DNA from: Tricharina praecox
Taxonomy: Eukaryota
DNA length: 64,000 nucleotides
NCBI RefSeq assembly: GCF_024521635.1
Contig: NW_026250421.1
Location: forward strand, 434,001 to 498,000
Direction: 5' to 3'
Shown here piece after piece: positions 48,752 through 59,858 of the stretch. The notes below the pieces were generated by a model. That model ran no database searches. It was given only the letters and a program-made list of their open reading frames with translations, and had not been told where the DNA came from. The position numbers and the translations under genes were made by a program. Position 1 is the first letter of the stretch. Each line of letters starts with the position of its first letter.

Positions 48752-49960
48752 ATGGTGAACTGCCAACACAGAGACTGCTGCTTCGGGCGAGCTCTGCTCA
48801 GCAGCTGCAAGCCCTCAGCAGTCAGCGGTGCCGCCGTCAGGATCCTTCCGGACCTGACTGGTGAAGAGGTGGACCACGTCCTCGGCCACCTGTGGGACAG
48901 GGAGAGCATGGCGCTGGGTAAGTCATCCTCACTCCCGTTTCTATTTTCTCTGCAATCCCATCATAAAACTTCCCCATCTACCTGCCCTTCGTCAATCGCA
49001 ATCTCCAATCTCAAGCTACAGTGTTGACGAGATATCAAACACATAGAGGATTCCGAGCAAATGCCGGGACTTGAGCCCGTTGCTGCGGTGAGTACGGCCA
49101 CTAAGGCTGTACCATCGATTGCTCCGGCTGCTCCGTTTGCTCCCGCGCGGGGTGGGTTTTTTCGGTTTACGCCGTCCGCCCCGTACCCCCCGTCCGCCCT
49201 GTACCCCCCGTCCGCCCTGTACCCCCCATACGTTCCTGTCGGTCCCGTGGCGGAGGCACAGACCGCCAATGAAGCCAACTGGGAGCCGACCTCGGTGGCC
49301 CCTCCCCGCACGCCGGATCAATACTACGAGCATTTTGATCCTTGTGGAGATCCCGTGGTCACGCCTACCCACCGCCACGTCCAGAGCCTCTTCTTGCTGC
49401 CCAACTCCCGCGGCACATTTTTCAAGTTCAGCAACAAGTCTTTGACTATGTCCGAGCTCCTTGGCTGCGTGCGCGGGGGACGGATTGAGCGGGTCGATTT
49501 CACACCCGAACGGGGCTGCGCCGGGGTGTATTTCGTGCTCGCGGAGCACGCGCGCGACTACATCCGGTTCACCAGACGGTGGACGGGTGTAGGCCGCGCG
49601 TGCTTCGCGAGTATTGAAGCGATCCCGTGTGCCAAGGGGGGCCACGAGCCCATCAAAGAGAACATCGCGAAAGCGATCAAATACGAGGGTGCGACCCGAG
49701 TACTCGTCATCGAGGGCCTCCCGGCGGGAACGAGGGTCGACAAGTTGACTGCGGACGTGAAAGCCCAGTCAGGGAAGCTCCGGATCGCCTGCGAGGAGGT
49801 CGACTTTGACGAGGAGGCGGGGAAGTGCACGCTCCGGATGGCCAGTATTGGGACCTGTCTGGGTGCGAGGATGCGTCTGAGACGCCTGCCTTGGTACAGG
49901 AACTGCCGGTACTCCTTCGGACCGGACCTCTGTGAGGGTCCGGTCCAGGATCTTCAGTAG
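48752..49960 (+). CDS. RNA-binding protein with two degenerate RRM-like domains (resembles the Nrd1/Mrn1 type), about 359 aa
   Basis: Model join(48752..48917,49047..49960). Motifs ELLGCVRGGRIERV..AGVYFV, GATRVLVIEGLP and FGPDLCE. The first exon is less certain. Confidence 0.65.
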
Positions 49961-52950
49961 TTCCTGCCAGGGCAGCGTTGAGGGGCTCCTGTGACGGCCG
50001 TTCTCGGATTGAGACCGTGGTATCTGGCTAAAAGCTGTGGTCTTGTTGTTTCTTTCCTTTGTTCGTTCTGTTTGCTGGCTGATGTGTTGTGGGACGGAAA
50101 AGTTTCGAGGAGTGAGGGAGTTTGTATACCTACGGGTCCTGTGTAGAGTTATTTTGTAAAGAATGAAAGAAAATCCAATCCAAAAGTCCAGATCTGATTT
50201 TCCACCATGGTTGAGTTGAAACATGAACACGAAAAACATGCGAGCGAGTGATGATCCATGCGAACTCTGCAGAGTTGCGCCCGCCGCCTGCACATCCCAC
50301 ACCCCGATCCCGCTCACTTCATCCATCCACAACCATCGACCGTCCAAGCAGCAGTAATAACTCCACCACCACCACCTTCGCCGGCTGCAGCAATCTCAAA
50401 AACCCCATTTGCGTACATGAAGCACCATACCATCGGCCGTCACGCACGCACGTAGAGTACGCATGCCAATCTCGCGCTCCACACACCTTTGCTGGTGTTG
50501 ATTTAGCCATATCAACCGGAGCGAGTGAGCGGAATCCACATGGTAGTATCGTACTCGACGAACGCACACACGCACGAACGCACGATACCTTATGCATTCA
50601 TCTTCACACACACACACACACGCTCCGTGGGATGGGGCTGAAGTCCACTATATATGAAGTAACTATATCCGTGTAACCTCGCGGTCGTCGGTCGGTCGGC
50701 TTACATAACTACTAGTAACTAACCCCCGCGCCAAACCAGCTTCAGCTTGAATCAGCGGCACGACTAACTGCTGAGGACGGCTAGACAAGAAGTATGTATA
50801 ATGTATGTACCACATCGCACAGGAACAGTGCCAAAAAAAAACATGCGCAATGCCGGCGCCCTGAGTCGCAGTTGCAGATCCCCCGCAAACGACTCACGAG
50901 GCGTATGTGGATGGTAGATTTGGGGTGTCCAGCCGGTGCGAGAGTAGTGATTCTAAAGTAAAGTACGTGGGGTGGAAGCGTGGGGGACATAGGGCATAGA
51001 GATGAAATGGTACTCTATTTTATGCGCGCGCGGATATGGAGATGAAGCTCGACAAGAAAGATGGAAGGAGCTTGTGGTGGAGATGTAAGACCGGCCTACC
51101 TAACCGTAACTACGGCGTACTCTAGGTGCAAAAGTAACTATGGCGCACGGTGGCGAGTGGCGAGTGCGGCCGCTAGATAGTCAATCTAATCTAGATTCTA
51201 CAGGAGGACGCCACGCTCGCGGCTCCACCAGTCCACGCTACTTTGGAATGGGTTCTGCAGTAGGTACCTTGTACTCCAAAGTGCACTTTTTCTTCCGCAG
51301 AGGCGGCGATGATATCGATGCGGAGATGGCCTGGTCGGCAGAGAAGATGGGAGATGACCCTGCGAGAATGCGCCGTGCGGTGTTTGTTTCGCTGGAATTG
51401 AAGCGTACAGTGGTAGGTACTCTGTGTATCTACCGATACTCGACACGTGGGTTCGACTGTTTGCCTTTCCTCTCCTTCTGCCCAACGAGTCAAGTGAGCT
51501 TTCGACGAACCAAGCTCTCGGTTGGACAGACTCTGCTCCCACTCTTCTCGAGGTCCCTCATGATGTGATTCGTGGTCGACAAGAGAATAGCGAGTGAAGC
51601 CGATCAGCGCAACTGTCAGCACTCGGCACCTTCCGCCATCGCCTCTGTCCACTCACCATCGCCGTCCCCGCAAATTCCCCGCATACATACCATAGCTACT
51701 CATCATCGCCACATCAGTCACACCTGCAGCCCAACGCTTTGTTCCAATCAGTCAATCCTCAGCAATCGAGCCACCATCGCAAGCAGAGGACGCATTGGAT
51801 GCAGAAGCGCGCGTGTGCACTGCCTCTTCCAATCCATTCCACTCCTGCTTCCTGATTTCCCGTCGGTGTCGGACTCTCTCTCGCTGTCAATCTAGACGTG
51901 GTCTCTGATCTTCGTCCCGTGCCCGCTACGGTAGTAGTTACTTATTGGCTGTTGCTGCGCGTACATAACAAGTATGTACCAGGTCAAAAGTTTTCGTTCA
52001 CCTCCGCGCCACCACACCACAGACATATATCTCTATAACACAACAACCACAATTTAGAGAGCACCAATAATTAGCATATATCATGAATATATACTAATAA
52101 AGCTTCAATGAGATTTCCAGCTCGCCAGGCTGAATATTTTATGCGAAGTAGGGTGGCTTGGCGGATTTCCCTTTCACCGAGGCAGGCCATTTCCCGCCAT
52201 AGATACAGCAACCAGAAGGTAGTATAAAAATACGTGGACCATTAGAAGGTCTCCTAGACCAGGTAGAGAACCTCAATCGAAATCGGCACGTAATTCTAAC
52301 TGGACGGGAGAAAATTTGGTGTTGAAACTGGTTGTCACGCAATAATTTTGCATGGGGGCCCCATACAAAATCCGAAATCACTCTCCAACCCGTGCACAAC
52401 ACCGTACCATGCGCCACCAATCCGAAGCAAAAGTCGCCAGACTTCTTCTATGTGATGCATCTTGCGATTCTAAAGCTTCTATGAAAGACTCGATTTTTTT
52501 CCGCCACGTGAAGGGTGGGTTTTGGCTACTTGAAAATGGGCATTTTTGGTGTAAAACGGCCCTCGTACGAAAACTTTTGACCTAGTACTTTACGAAGCTA
52601 CATCATCATCGTCGCAGCAACAGCTACCCTACCTCGCCCATTCCCTCTTGCCCTTTCCTTTCCTCCCTCGCTGACTCCGTTCCATTCTGCCTGCCGTGCT
52701 CTCCTTCTGCCTCCTCGTCGTCGGATGAACCCTGAGTCATCCCTCCACCCCTCCCCATCTTCTCCGCCTCCCCTCGCCTCACCCAAACAACGCCGCCGCC
52801 TGCTTCTGCAACACGCCATCCTCCATCGAGCGAAGGCCATCCACCCCCATCAATCCCGTTTCCCCCTGCGCCGTTGGCCAGTTCGCCATCGCACAGCGCA
52901 ACGCATACCACACACACATAAACGCAACCTAACACAACTCATACATCCAT

Positions 52951-53006
52951 CCACACACCACCGATTCCACACACCACCGATTCCACACACAACCGATTCC
53001 ACACAC
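52951..53006. repeat. 16-bp tandem repeat (CCACACACCACCGATT) x3.5
   Basis: Directly visible, upstream of the 53448 gene. Confidence 0.85.
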
Positions 53007-53447
53007 TTCGAATCCGCCGTTCGACAAGCTGCTTCTGCTGCTTGCTTGCTTGCGGCTGCAATCTGCCTCCGCTTCCTTGCTCGACGGACGGACTGACAGC
53101 TGCTTGCGTCGCCCGCCTCCCTTCTCTCCCCCCACCACCCTCCACATCCTCCTACACCCCTCCACAAAACCTATTCGACCCGTGCTGTGCTATACATCCC
53201 GCTCACACTAGAATAAGTCAAGACCCATACCAGACTACGTCCCACCTACAACCCAACAGCCCCAGACTCTGTCTGCCACCCAAAAACCCGCACACCAAGA
53301 CACACACCCCCCCCCCCCCCCTCCCCACCCCATCCCGAACACCACCAAGCGATCGTCCTTCCCCACCCCCGAATTAACCTCCCCCAAATTATTCCCGCTA
53401 TACCAGCCCGCACTTAAAACCTCCGATCCCGCCCATCCTCTGTCACT

Positions 53448-55844
53448 ATGCCATCAGTCACGTCTATCGCGGCTGCCTCCGAGCCCACTACGTCCGACGT
53501 CGCCCCCGCTTCCCTGTTGTTGTCGTCGTCGTCGTCCTCCTCTTCGGCGCCCGATAGCAATCCGCCCGGCAATCAAGGCACGCGACCTACTTCCCCGCAC
53601 CCGCCGTCCCCTTCCGCCGACTCAAAACCCGAGCCCGCCCCCGGCCCCGTCCCCGTCCCCGCTACTATCGTTGCCACATCCACCACATCCACCACGACAA
53701 ATATTGATCTGGAAGAGGAGGAGGAGCTTAAGACTAGGTTACGACATAGGCGGCTCGAGCTGGATCACGAGATTGAAGAGTTCAAGATCCGGAAGGACGC
53801 GGAATATCGACGGTTCGAGGCAGCGTTACGGGCCGAGGCTAAGGCTAAACGAAGGGAGAAAGAAGCTGCCACCGCCGCCGCCGCCAACACATCACTCACC
53901 GGTAGCAACAAACCCGGTGAACTTGTGGTGCCCATCAGCTCATTATCGCCACTCGGCAGCAACAACAATAACAACAACAACCTCATCAGGCAGTCGCTTG
54001 CTCTCGCATCTACGTCTCCCGGAACTCCGCCCGAAGTGAGGCTGCTCAGGCAAAAGTCGCCGCCGTTCGAGAAAGAGCTTCAAGTCGCCGGCCTATTTGC
54101 ACCCTCCTATCTGCCACTTCTCGAAGATAGACGCGGGGGCGAATACGATCCGTTGTCGTCGACTCCTACCACAACCACTACTTCCACCTCCACCGCCATG
54201 GCTACCGACGTTCCCGGAGCGAAACCACCGTCTCGCAACAGCTCGCCCACAGCTCCGCCTGCGTCGTCGCTAAAGTCTTCGAGCTATTTCGATTCTCACG
54301 GACGCTCGGAAAGGAAACCAAAATCGCCAAAGAAGGTGACGTTCCAATTCGAGGACGAGAGCACTGTGCCGTCGCGGAGTAGTCCTCCGCCAACAAAAGT
54401 GACTTGGAACTTCGGCGTGGTGGATGACGCCGATGATGTCGATTACGAGGAGGTTGAAGAGGTGGATTACACGGAACGCCCGCATGACGCGGTCATGGAG
54501 CACCTGAGGGCACAGATGATGGGACTCGAAGATCGGCCTACGGTCCAGCACGTGGAGGATAGAACGATCCCGGCTAGCATGTTTAGAAGTATTGGGTCGA
54601 ATAGTCTTGGCGATTTCTCAAGGTATCATGGCGATGAGCTCGTCACGCCGACCCTGACGGGACTGGGACTCGGTGCTGATCACTACAACGGCATGGGCAC
54701 TTCGACGAATGACGCCATGCCCTCGCGCCGCAACGATTTAACTACGGGCTCTTGGACGTCCCAGCTCACCCCAAGTAACCTCAACGGCACCATGAAGATG
54801 AGCGATAACGATGACGATGACGACGAAGGTCTCTTTGACCTCGACGAGACGGTTCCGGATGCTCTACCGCAGACACCGCCGCATCGGGACCTCTCGCCGC
54901 TGATCGAAGCACAGCTGGCGGCCCAGCAGATAGCTCCCGAAGCGGGTGAGATCAACCTTGCAGCTTCGTTACGAGCATCATACGCATCCAGAGCTGCTCC
55001 ACCAAGCTCAAAATATTCCTTCTCGAAGGAGCCATTCTCGTTCGGAAAATCACCAGTGCCGGCGCCAGCCATGACACATTCCCGTTTCACGAGTCCTTTC
55101 AGCTCCTCTTTCACGCAGAACCCCATGCGAACCAACGGAAGTGCGGCGGGCACGATGGCACCACATGCACGGATCGCATCATCGCTTCCGGCCACCACGA
55201 CATGGGGCTTCGCGGCTAATAAGGATTCCGGGCACTTCCGGCGGAGAAGCATCAACAAATACATTCCATCGCCGCCTCCGGAAGAGGAGTCGGAGCGTGC
55301 TACTCCGGAACCGGAAGTCTTACTTGCGCGCTCTCCCTTCGGTACATCCGTGCCGATGGCCATCACTCCGCGGCTCTCGTCCCTCCGTTCGCCGCCAGCA
55401 TCCACATCCCCTCGCAACCAGCCCGCCGCCGACATCCCCGAAGAAGAGCCCCCGAGTGGTGGCGAACCACTGACTTTCTATGTTGACTACTCCGCCGAAG
55501 CCCTCGCCGCGTCACCACCCAAGCCGCGGGGCAGCTCGGAATTGGACTCGTACATGAAGACGGCCCGCTTCCCCTCGGCCAACATGACTAGCAACATCAT
55601 GTCTCCATACCGAACACGGTTCGCGCAGGAGCTAGCGCAGCAGGCCCTGATGGACGGCGAGGATCCGAACGAGAGCTTTGTCGGGGGTGTCGATGGCCGC
55701 ACGGGGCTGGACCCGGAGAGCTTCAGTGTCCGTGGCCGCGCAAGCAGCTTCGCCAGTCCCAGCGCGAACCTTAAGAATGCCGCCTGGAGTCTGAGCGCTC
55801 GCCTGGCGGTCGAGGATGAGATGGACGCTAGCAGACGGATGTGA
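53448..55844 (+). CDS. Ser/Pro-rich disordered protein with an N-terminal coiled coil, 798 aa
   Basis: Intronless 2.4-kb ORF. Coiled coil ELDHEIEEFKIRKDAEYRRFE and short motifs LFAPSYLPLL, KKVTF, LFDLDE and SFVGGVDGRTGLD. Confidence 0.8.
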   Translation: MPSVTSIAAASEPTTSDVAPASLLLSSSSSSSSAPDSNPPGNQGTRPTSPHPPSPSADSKPEPAPGPVPVPATIVATSTTSTTTNIDLEEEEELKTRLRHRRLELDHEIEEFKIRKDAEYRRFEAALRAEAKAKRREKEAATAAAANTSLTGSNKPGELVVPISSLSPLGSNNNNNNNLIRQSLALASTSPGTPPEVRLLRQKSPPFEKELQVAGLFAPSYLPLLEDRRGGEYDPLSSTPTTTTTSTSTAMATDVPGAKPPSRNSSPTAPPASSLKSSSYFDSHGRSERKPKSPKKVTFQFEDESTVPSRSSPPPTKVTWNFGVVDDADDVDYEEVEEVDYTERPHDAVMEHLRAQMMGLEDRPTVQHVEDRTIPASMFRSIGSNSLGDFSRYHGDELVTPTLTGLGLGADHYNGMGTSTNDAMPSRRNDLTTGSWTSQLTPSNLNGTMKMSDNDDDDDEGLFDLDETVPDALPQTPPHRDLSPLIEAQLAAQQIAPEAGEINLAASLRASYASRAAPPSSKYSFSKEPFSFGKSPVPAPAMTHSRFTSPFSSSFTQNPMRTNGSAAGTMAPHARIASSLPATTTWGFAANKDSGHFRRRSINKYIPSPPPEEESERATPEPEVLLARSPFGTSVPMAITPRLSSLRSPPASTSPRNQPAADIPEEEPPSGGEPLTFYVDYSAEALAASPPKPRGSSELDSYMKTARFPSANMTSNIMSPYRTRFAQELAQQALMDGEDPNESFVGGVDGRTGLDPESFSVRGRASSFASPSANLKNAAWSLSARLAVEDEMDASRRM

Positions 55845-56699
55845 TGGTGCGTGAAGAGCGGGATATTACCTGTTACCGACTGATTATCATGCTACTTGTT
55901 TTCCATGTGGTTTGTTTCCTGTTTGTATTTGCATTGGATTGGTGTTTTTGAGATTTTATTTTTCTTTTCTTTTCTATTTTATTTTTATTTTCTGTCCTGT
56001 GTCTTTTATTTTCTTGTTTGTTTCGTGTGGCGTACACGACTGATGTCTGCTTGAAGGAGACGGAGACGGAGATGATGCGATGGTTCGCGTGCGTATTGTA
56101 CATAAGGGAAACTTTTATGAGGTTTGACGGGTGCTTGGATGCTTGGATGATGACGGTGATGAGGATGTGGCACTGGGGTTTCTATAAATAGAGGCGACGG
56201 CTGCGGTAGCATGAGTTCGCACTCGCAGACATACATACAAACTAGAGATCGATAGACGGTTTGGTACAGGGTAATTGATGTCATTCTGTGGCGATCTTTG
56301 CAGTGATGTGCAATGTGATGTGATATCAACCTATGAGCGAGGCTCGGGAGGATACCGGGGAAGAGGGAATGTGATGAGGACGAATCCGGGGGATGGTACA
56401 TAGGAGGGCAGATGTGATGTGATGTGTAAGGGAACAGCGTGAAATTCCTGGGTCGGGAGTCGGGGGGACGAGGTGCCAGGACTAGGCGACACGACGCGAC
56501 GCTAGTTTGTCCAACCTCGAATACCGAATCCCGAATCCCGAGTAGACTGGTCGACGCGGACGAGCGGGCTGCGGGCCAGGGGAAATACCGTATGTTCATA
56601 TTGCATGTTGACTATCGTGGGGAACCCGGAGGAGCGGAGACGATCCTGGGCCCTAGGACCTGGATGGAGGTTGAGGTGGAGTACGTACCTATGTAGACA

Positions 56700-59014
56700 A
56701 GTACCTGTTACTAACAGCGGCAACGAGCCCCTTGGCTCGAGAGAGTCACGACTCCTTTCACCCTTTCACACTATCAACGTACGTAGGCGGCCGATGGAGA
56801 TGGAGTGCTACTGGTTTTTAACTTTTTATGTACTGGAACTGCTGGAACTCCGAACCGAATCTGCTGGTAGATACCGTATTCCAATCCTTTGCCCACCGGT
56901 TTCAAGCCCGCATGGGGTATCACTCGGATAAGTGAGCTGAGCTGGAGCAAGTGCTCGTTTTTCGCGAAGCTGCGGTGGGGGTTCCTGTGGACCAGCTAGC
57001 CATGGTACTCAGGCCATCGGGGGGAAGGAGGTGGTTGGCCAGTGCACTGTCGAGAGCAGATATTGATGGTGTTATCATTTATCCCTTGCAAGGAGACATC
57101 GGTGGCTTCATTGACGAGGCGGGGTCTTGATGGAGTACATACAGCTTCACGGTAAGTATCAGTTTGATCACTACCGTATACAGGTAATGAGACAGGTTCA
57201 TAATGAAGCTCTCGTCACCCGTGTCGTGGGAGCAGTAACATGTATCCCAAAACAGCCATGATCTGGTAAGGTCGAAAGCCATGATGATTAAACAAAAACA
57301 AAAACAAAACAACTATCCCAAAAACATCTAAATACGTTGCCATCTATTTCCAGCCCGCTTTGATATCCTAGGGCAGCCCAAACCGATACATAGCTCTTAT
57401 GCATCTCGTAGACATTAAGCGCACTCGCCCAATTCTGTGTCACGACCGCAAACCTCCCCCCTCCCCCCTCTCACGGCCATAGCCGTCCGCAGCATCTCCA
57501 GTACTCTCACCAGCTTCTGCAGCTTCTCGGTATTGGTGACCTCCTACTTCTTGAGCCACCCCGTCTTCTCCACGGGGCCCCAGCCCCTTCCCTGCGCCGC
57601 CACCACCGGTGGCAGTGATGGCTCTTTGCCATCTACTTCCAGCCCGCTTTAATATCCTCGGGCAACCCAAACTGAGAACTCTTTTGCATCTCGTAGACAC
57701 TAAGGGTACTCTGGCCCTTTTGTGTCACGAACGCAAACCTGCCTCCCCTCACCACCATAACCGTCCGCATCATCTCGAGCACTTTCACCAGCTTCTGGAG
57801 CTTCTCGGTATTGGTGAGCTCCCACTTCTTGAGCCACCCGGTCTTCTCCACATCCCGCTGCTCGACCTCGACGATATATCCACCGTCCTCGTAGCACCCA
57901 ATTATCAGGATCGACGTGCGCGAGAACCACAGCTGCTCTGCCTGCCTGATATGCGTCTTCCCCTTGGGCTTGGACTTGAGCTCAACGATATTCTCCTCGG
58001 GGGCCGGGACCCCACCCGGGACTATACGTACGCCCGTGGGTGCCGCGAGCACCTCCTCGGGAGGTCCAGCTCCTCCTCCTCCACGGCGGCCTCCTCCTCC
58101 TCTGCGGCCGCGGGCGGCCGTGGGTGCCTGGGGTCATGGTCCTTGTCTGCTGGGATCCGCGTGGGTAAAGGCGGAGGTGACCAGATGGGTGGGCAGCCTG
58201 TGGAGCTGTTAGTTGAGGTGCTGAGTGCTCGAGGAAGGGAGGTACTACATACCCGGGACGGCGATGGTATTCCGCCAGTTCGGCAGGATGTCGTATAAGG
58301 TGAGCACCTCCGCCTGCTGCTGCTGCGAAACATCGTAGCCCGCGTCGTGATGTATAGACTCGCGCTCGATGACGGCGATGCGCATGCCTCATGCCCGCTC
58401 GTACGGAAGGCCTGACCATATCGAATTGTAGTATATTGAGGTATATAATATCCAAGTCTGAAGAATATAATATAATTGCGCAGGAGAAGCCGGATCGAGG
58501 AGGTTTTGTCGTTGTACGTATTTGGGAAATGTGATGTTTCCGAGTGTCGGATTTATTGTTGAGGTTGGGTTGATAGGAGAAGGTGAGTTGGGAGGGAGAT
58601 GTAGTTGTATGATGTAAGAAAGAAAAAAGCTTGGGGGGGTGGGTGCGGTGTGGGTTTTATGGGGGTAGCCTGGCGGCGGCGAATTTAATTCCACGCCCCA
58701 CGCGGGAGGGCAGGGGCGCCAATTCAATTCTACTCCCCACGCAGGAGGGCAGGGGCACGGGACCCTCACGTCATGCACTCACTCGGTATCAATAGTAAGA
58801 AATTCAAGCAACGGTTCTGAACTTCGTAGATTGGGTAAGGGCATGTTCGGATGCTAGCTGAATTTTCAAAATTCGCAGTTTTAGTTTTGACGAGTTGAAT
58901 GTTACCAAAGCTGCAACCACAAGAAAACTGTCGCTCCCCCCGATGTGACCCCGTTCGGCACGCATCCTAGATGTTCAACAGCACGCCACACTTTTTCTAA
59001 CTACAGGGGCTATA
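56700..59014 (-). repeat. RAI1/DXO-like repeat unit copy C
   Basis: 5' boundary TATAGCCCCTGTAG at 59014. Gene 3' end duplicated (stops at 57344 and 57633) as in copy A. Private duplication of about 39 bp at about 58680-58760. Confidence 0.9.
57633..58419 (-). pseudogene. RAI1/DXO-like nuclease pseudogene (copy C)
   Basis: A larger deletion (HPRPPA joined to AAEEEE, about 58110) removes three motifs, and there are two frameshifts. The intron donor GTATGT is intact. Confidence 0.85.
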
Positions 59015-59016
59015 TA

Positions 59017-59620
59017 CCCTACATGTCTGGCGCTCGTAAATTTGTTGCACCGCACCAAGTCGGCCCGATCTGGACCGATCCAGAAAGGTTGGCAACGAGT
59101 GATATCAAAAGCATTCAGCGATGGCGTGTGGATTTCGCAGAGCAACTGGTGTAAGTTAGTAGAAACAGGCTCTCTACCATTATGTATCCAGCGGCGCACA
59201 TTCCCACTTCCCTCCTCCTGAAGCTTTTCCAACTATGAAAGTGTACCTAGTAGTAGAGTCCGCTGCCGCTCTCGGTGTAGTAGTATCCACCGATGGCGCC
59301 CCCGCCTGCAACATGACTGCCTGTTTTGACTGGACTCTCGGCCCCATAACCTCTGTATTCGCCCTGTTGCTCATTATCTCTGGTATTGACACCGAGGATG
59401 TTTGAAGTACCGTGGGTCAGGCGGCGACGGCGACTGTTATGGCACCTAGCAACCGTAACTGGTATCAACCGTGGCAGGTGGCAACCGTGACTACTACCAG
59501 CACAGCTGCAACCAGGCGAATCGAGACGGTGAGCTGTGTGGTTGTGTAGGCACACTGCCGCCTCCCAACCAGGCATACTTTGCAGTGCAACAAATTTACA
59601 CACGCCCCGGACATGTAGGG
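59017..59620. mobile_element. Segment of about 600 bp bounded by imperfect inverted repeats of about 35 bp (MITE-like)
   Basis: Left end CCCTACATGTCTGGCGCTCGTAAATTTGTTGCAC (59017-59050). Right end reverse complement CCCTACATGTCCGGGGCGTGTGTAAATTTGTTGCAC (59585-59620). No clear TSD. Confidence 0.5.
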
Positions 59621-59858
59621 GATACGCAGGTATCAACTGGTGGTTGTCCGTAGAGTTGATTTGTATTGTGGCTCAGTCGACAATGTGCAGTTTCTCCAAT
59701 TGTTGGCTTAGGGTGGTGTGCCAAAGAATGACCCATTGCGCGGAAATTGATGGTTCGACACTGCGTCTCACTTTTTGTATGGTAGATTCGAAATGCAGTT
59801 GGCACCCAAACTGGGCCTAAAACATAATCTACCGGCAGGTCTTGGGTATACCAAATTA

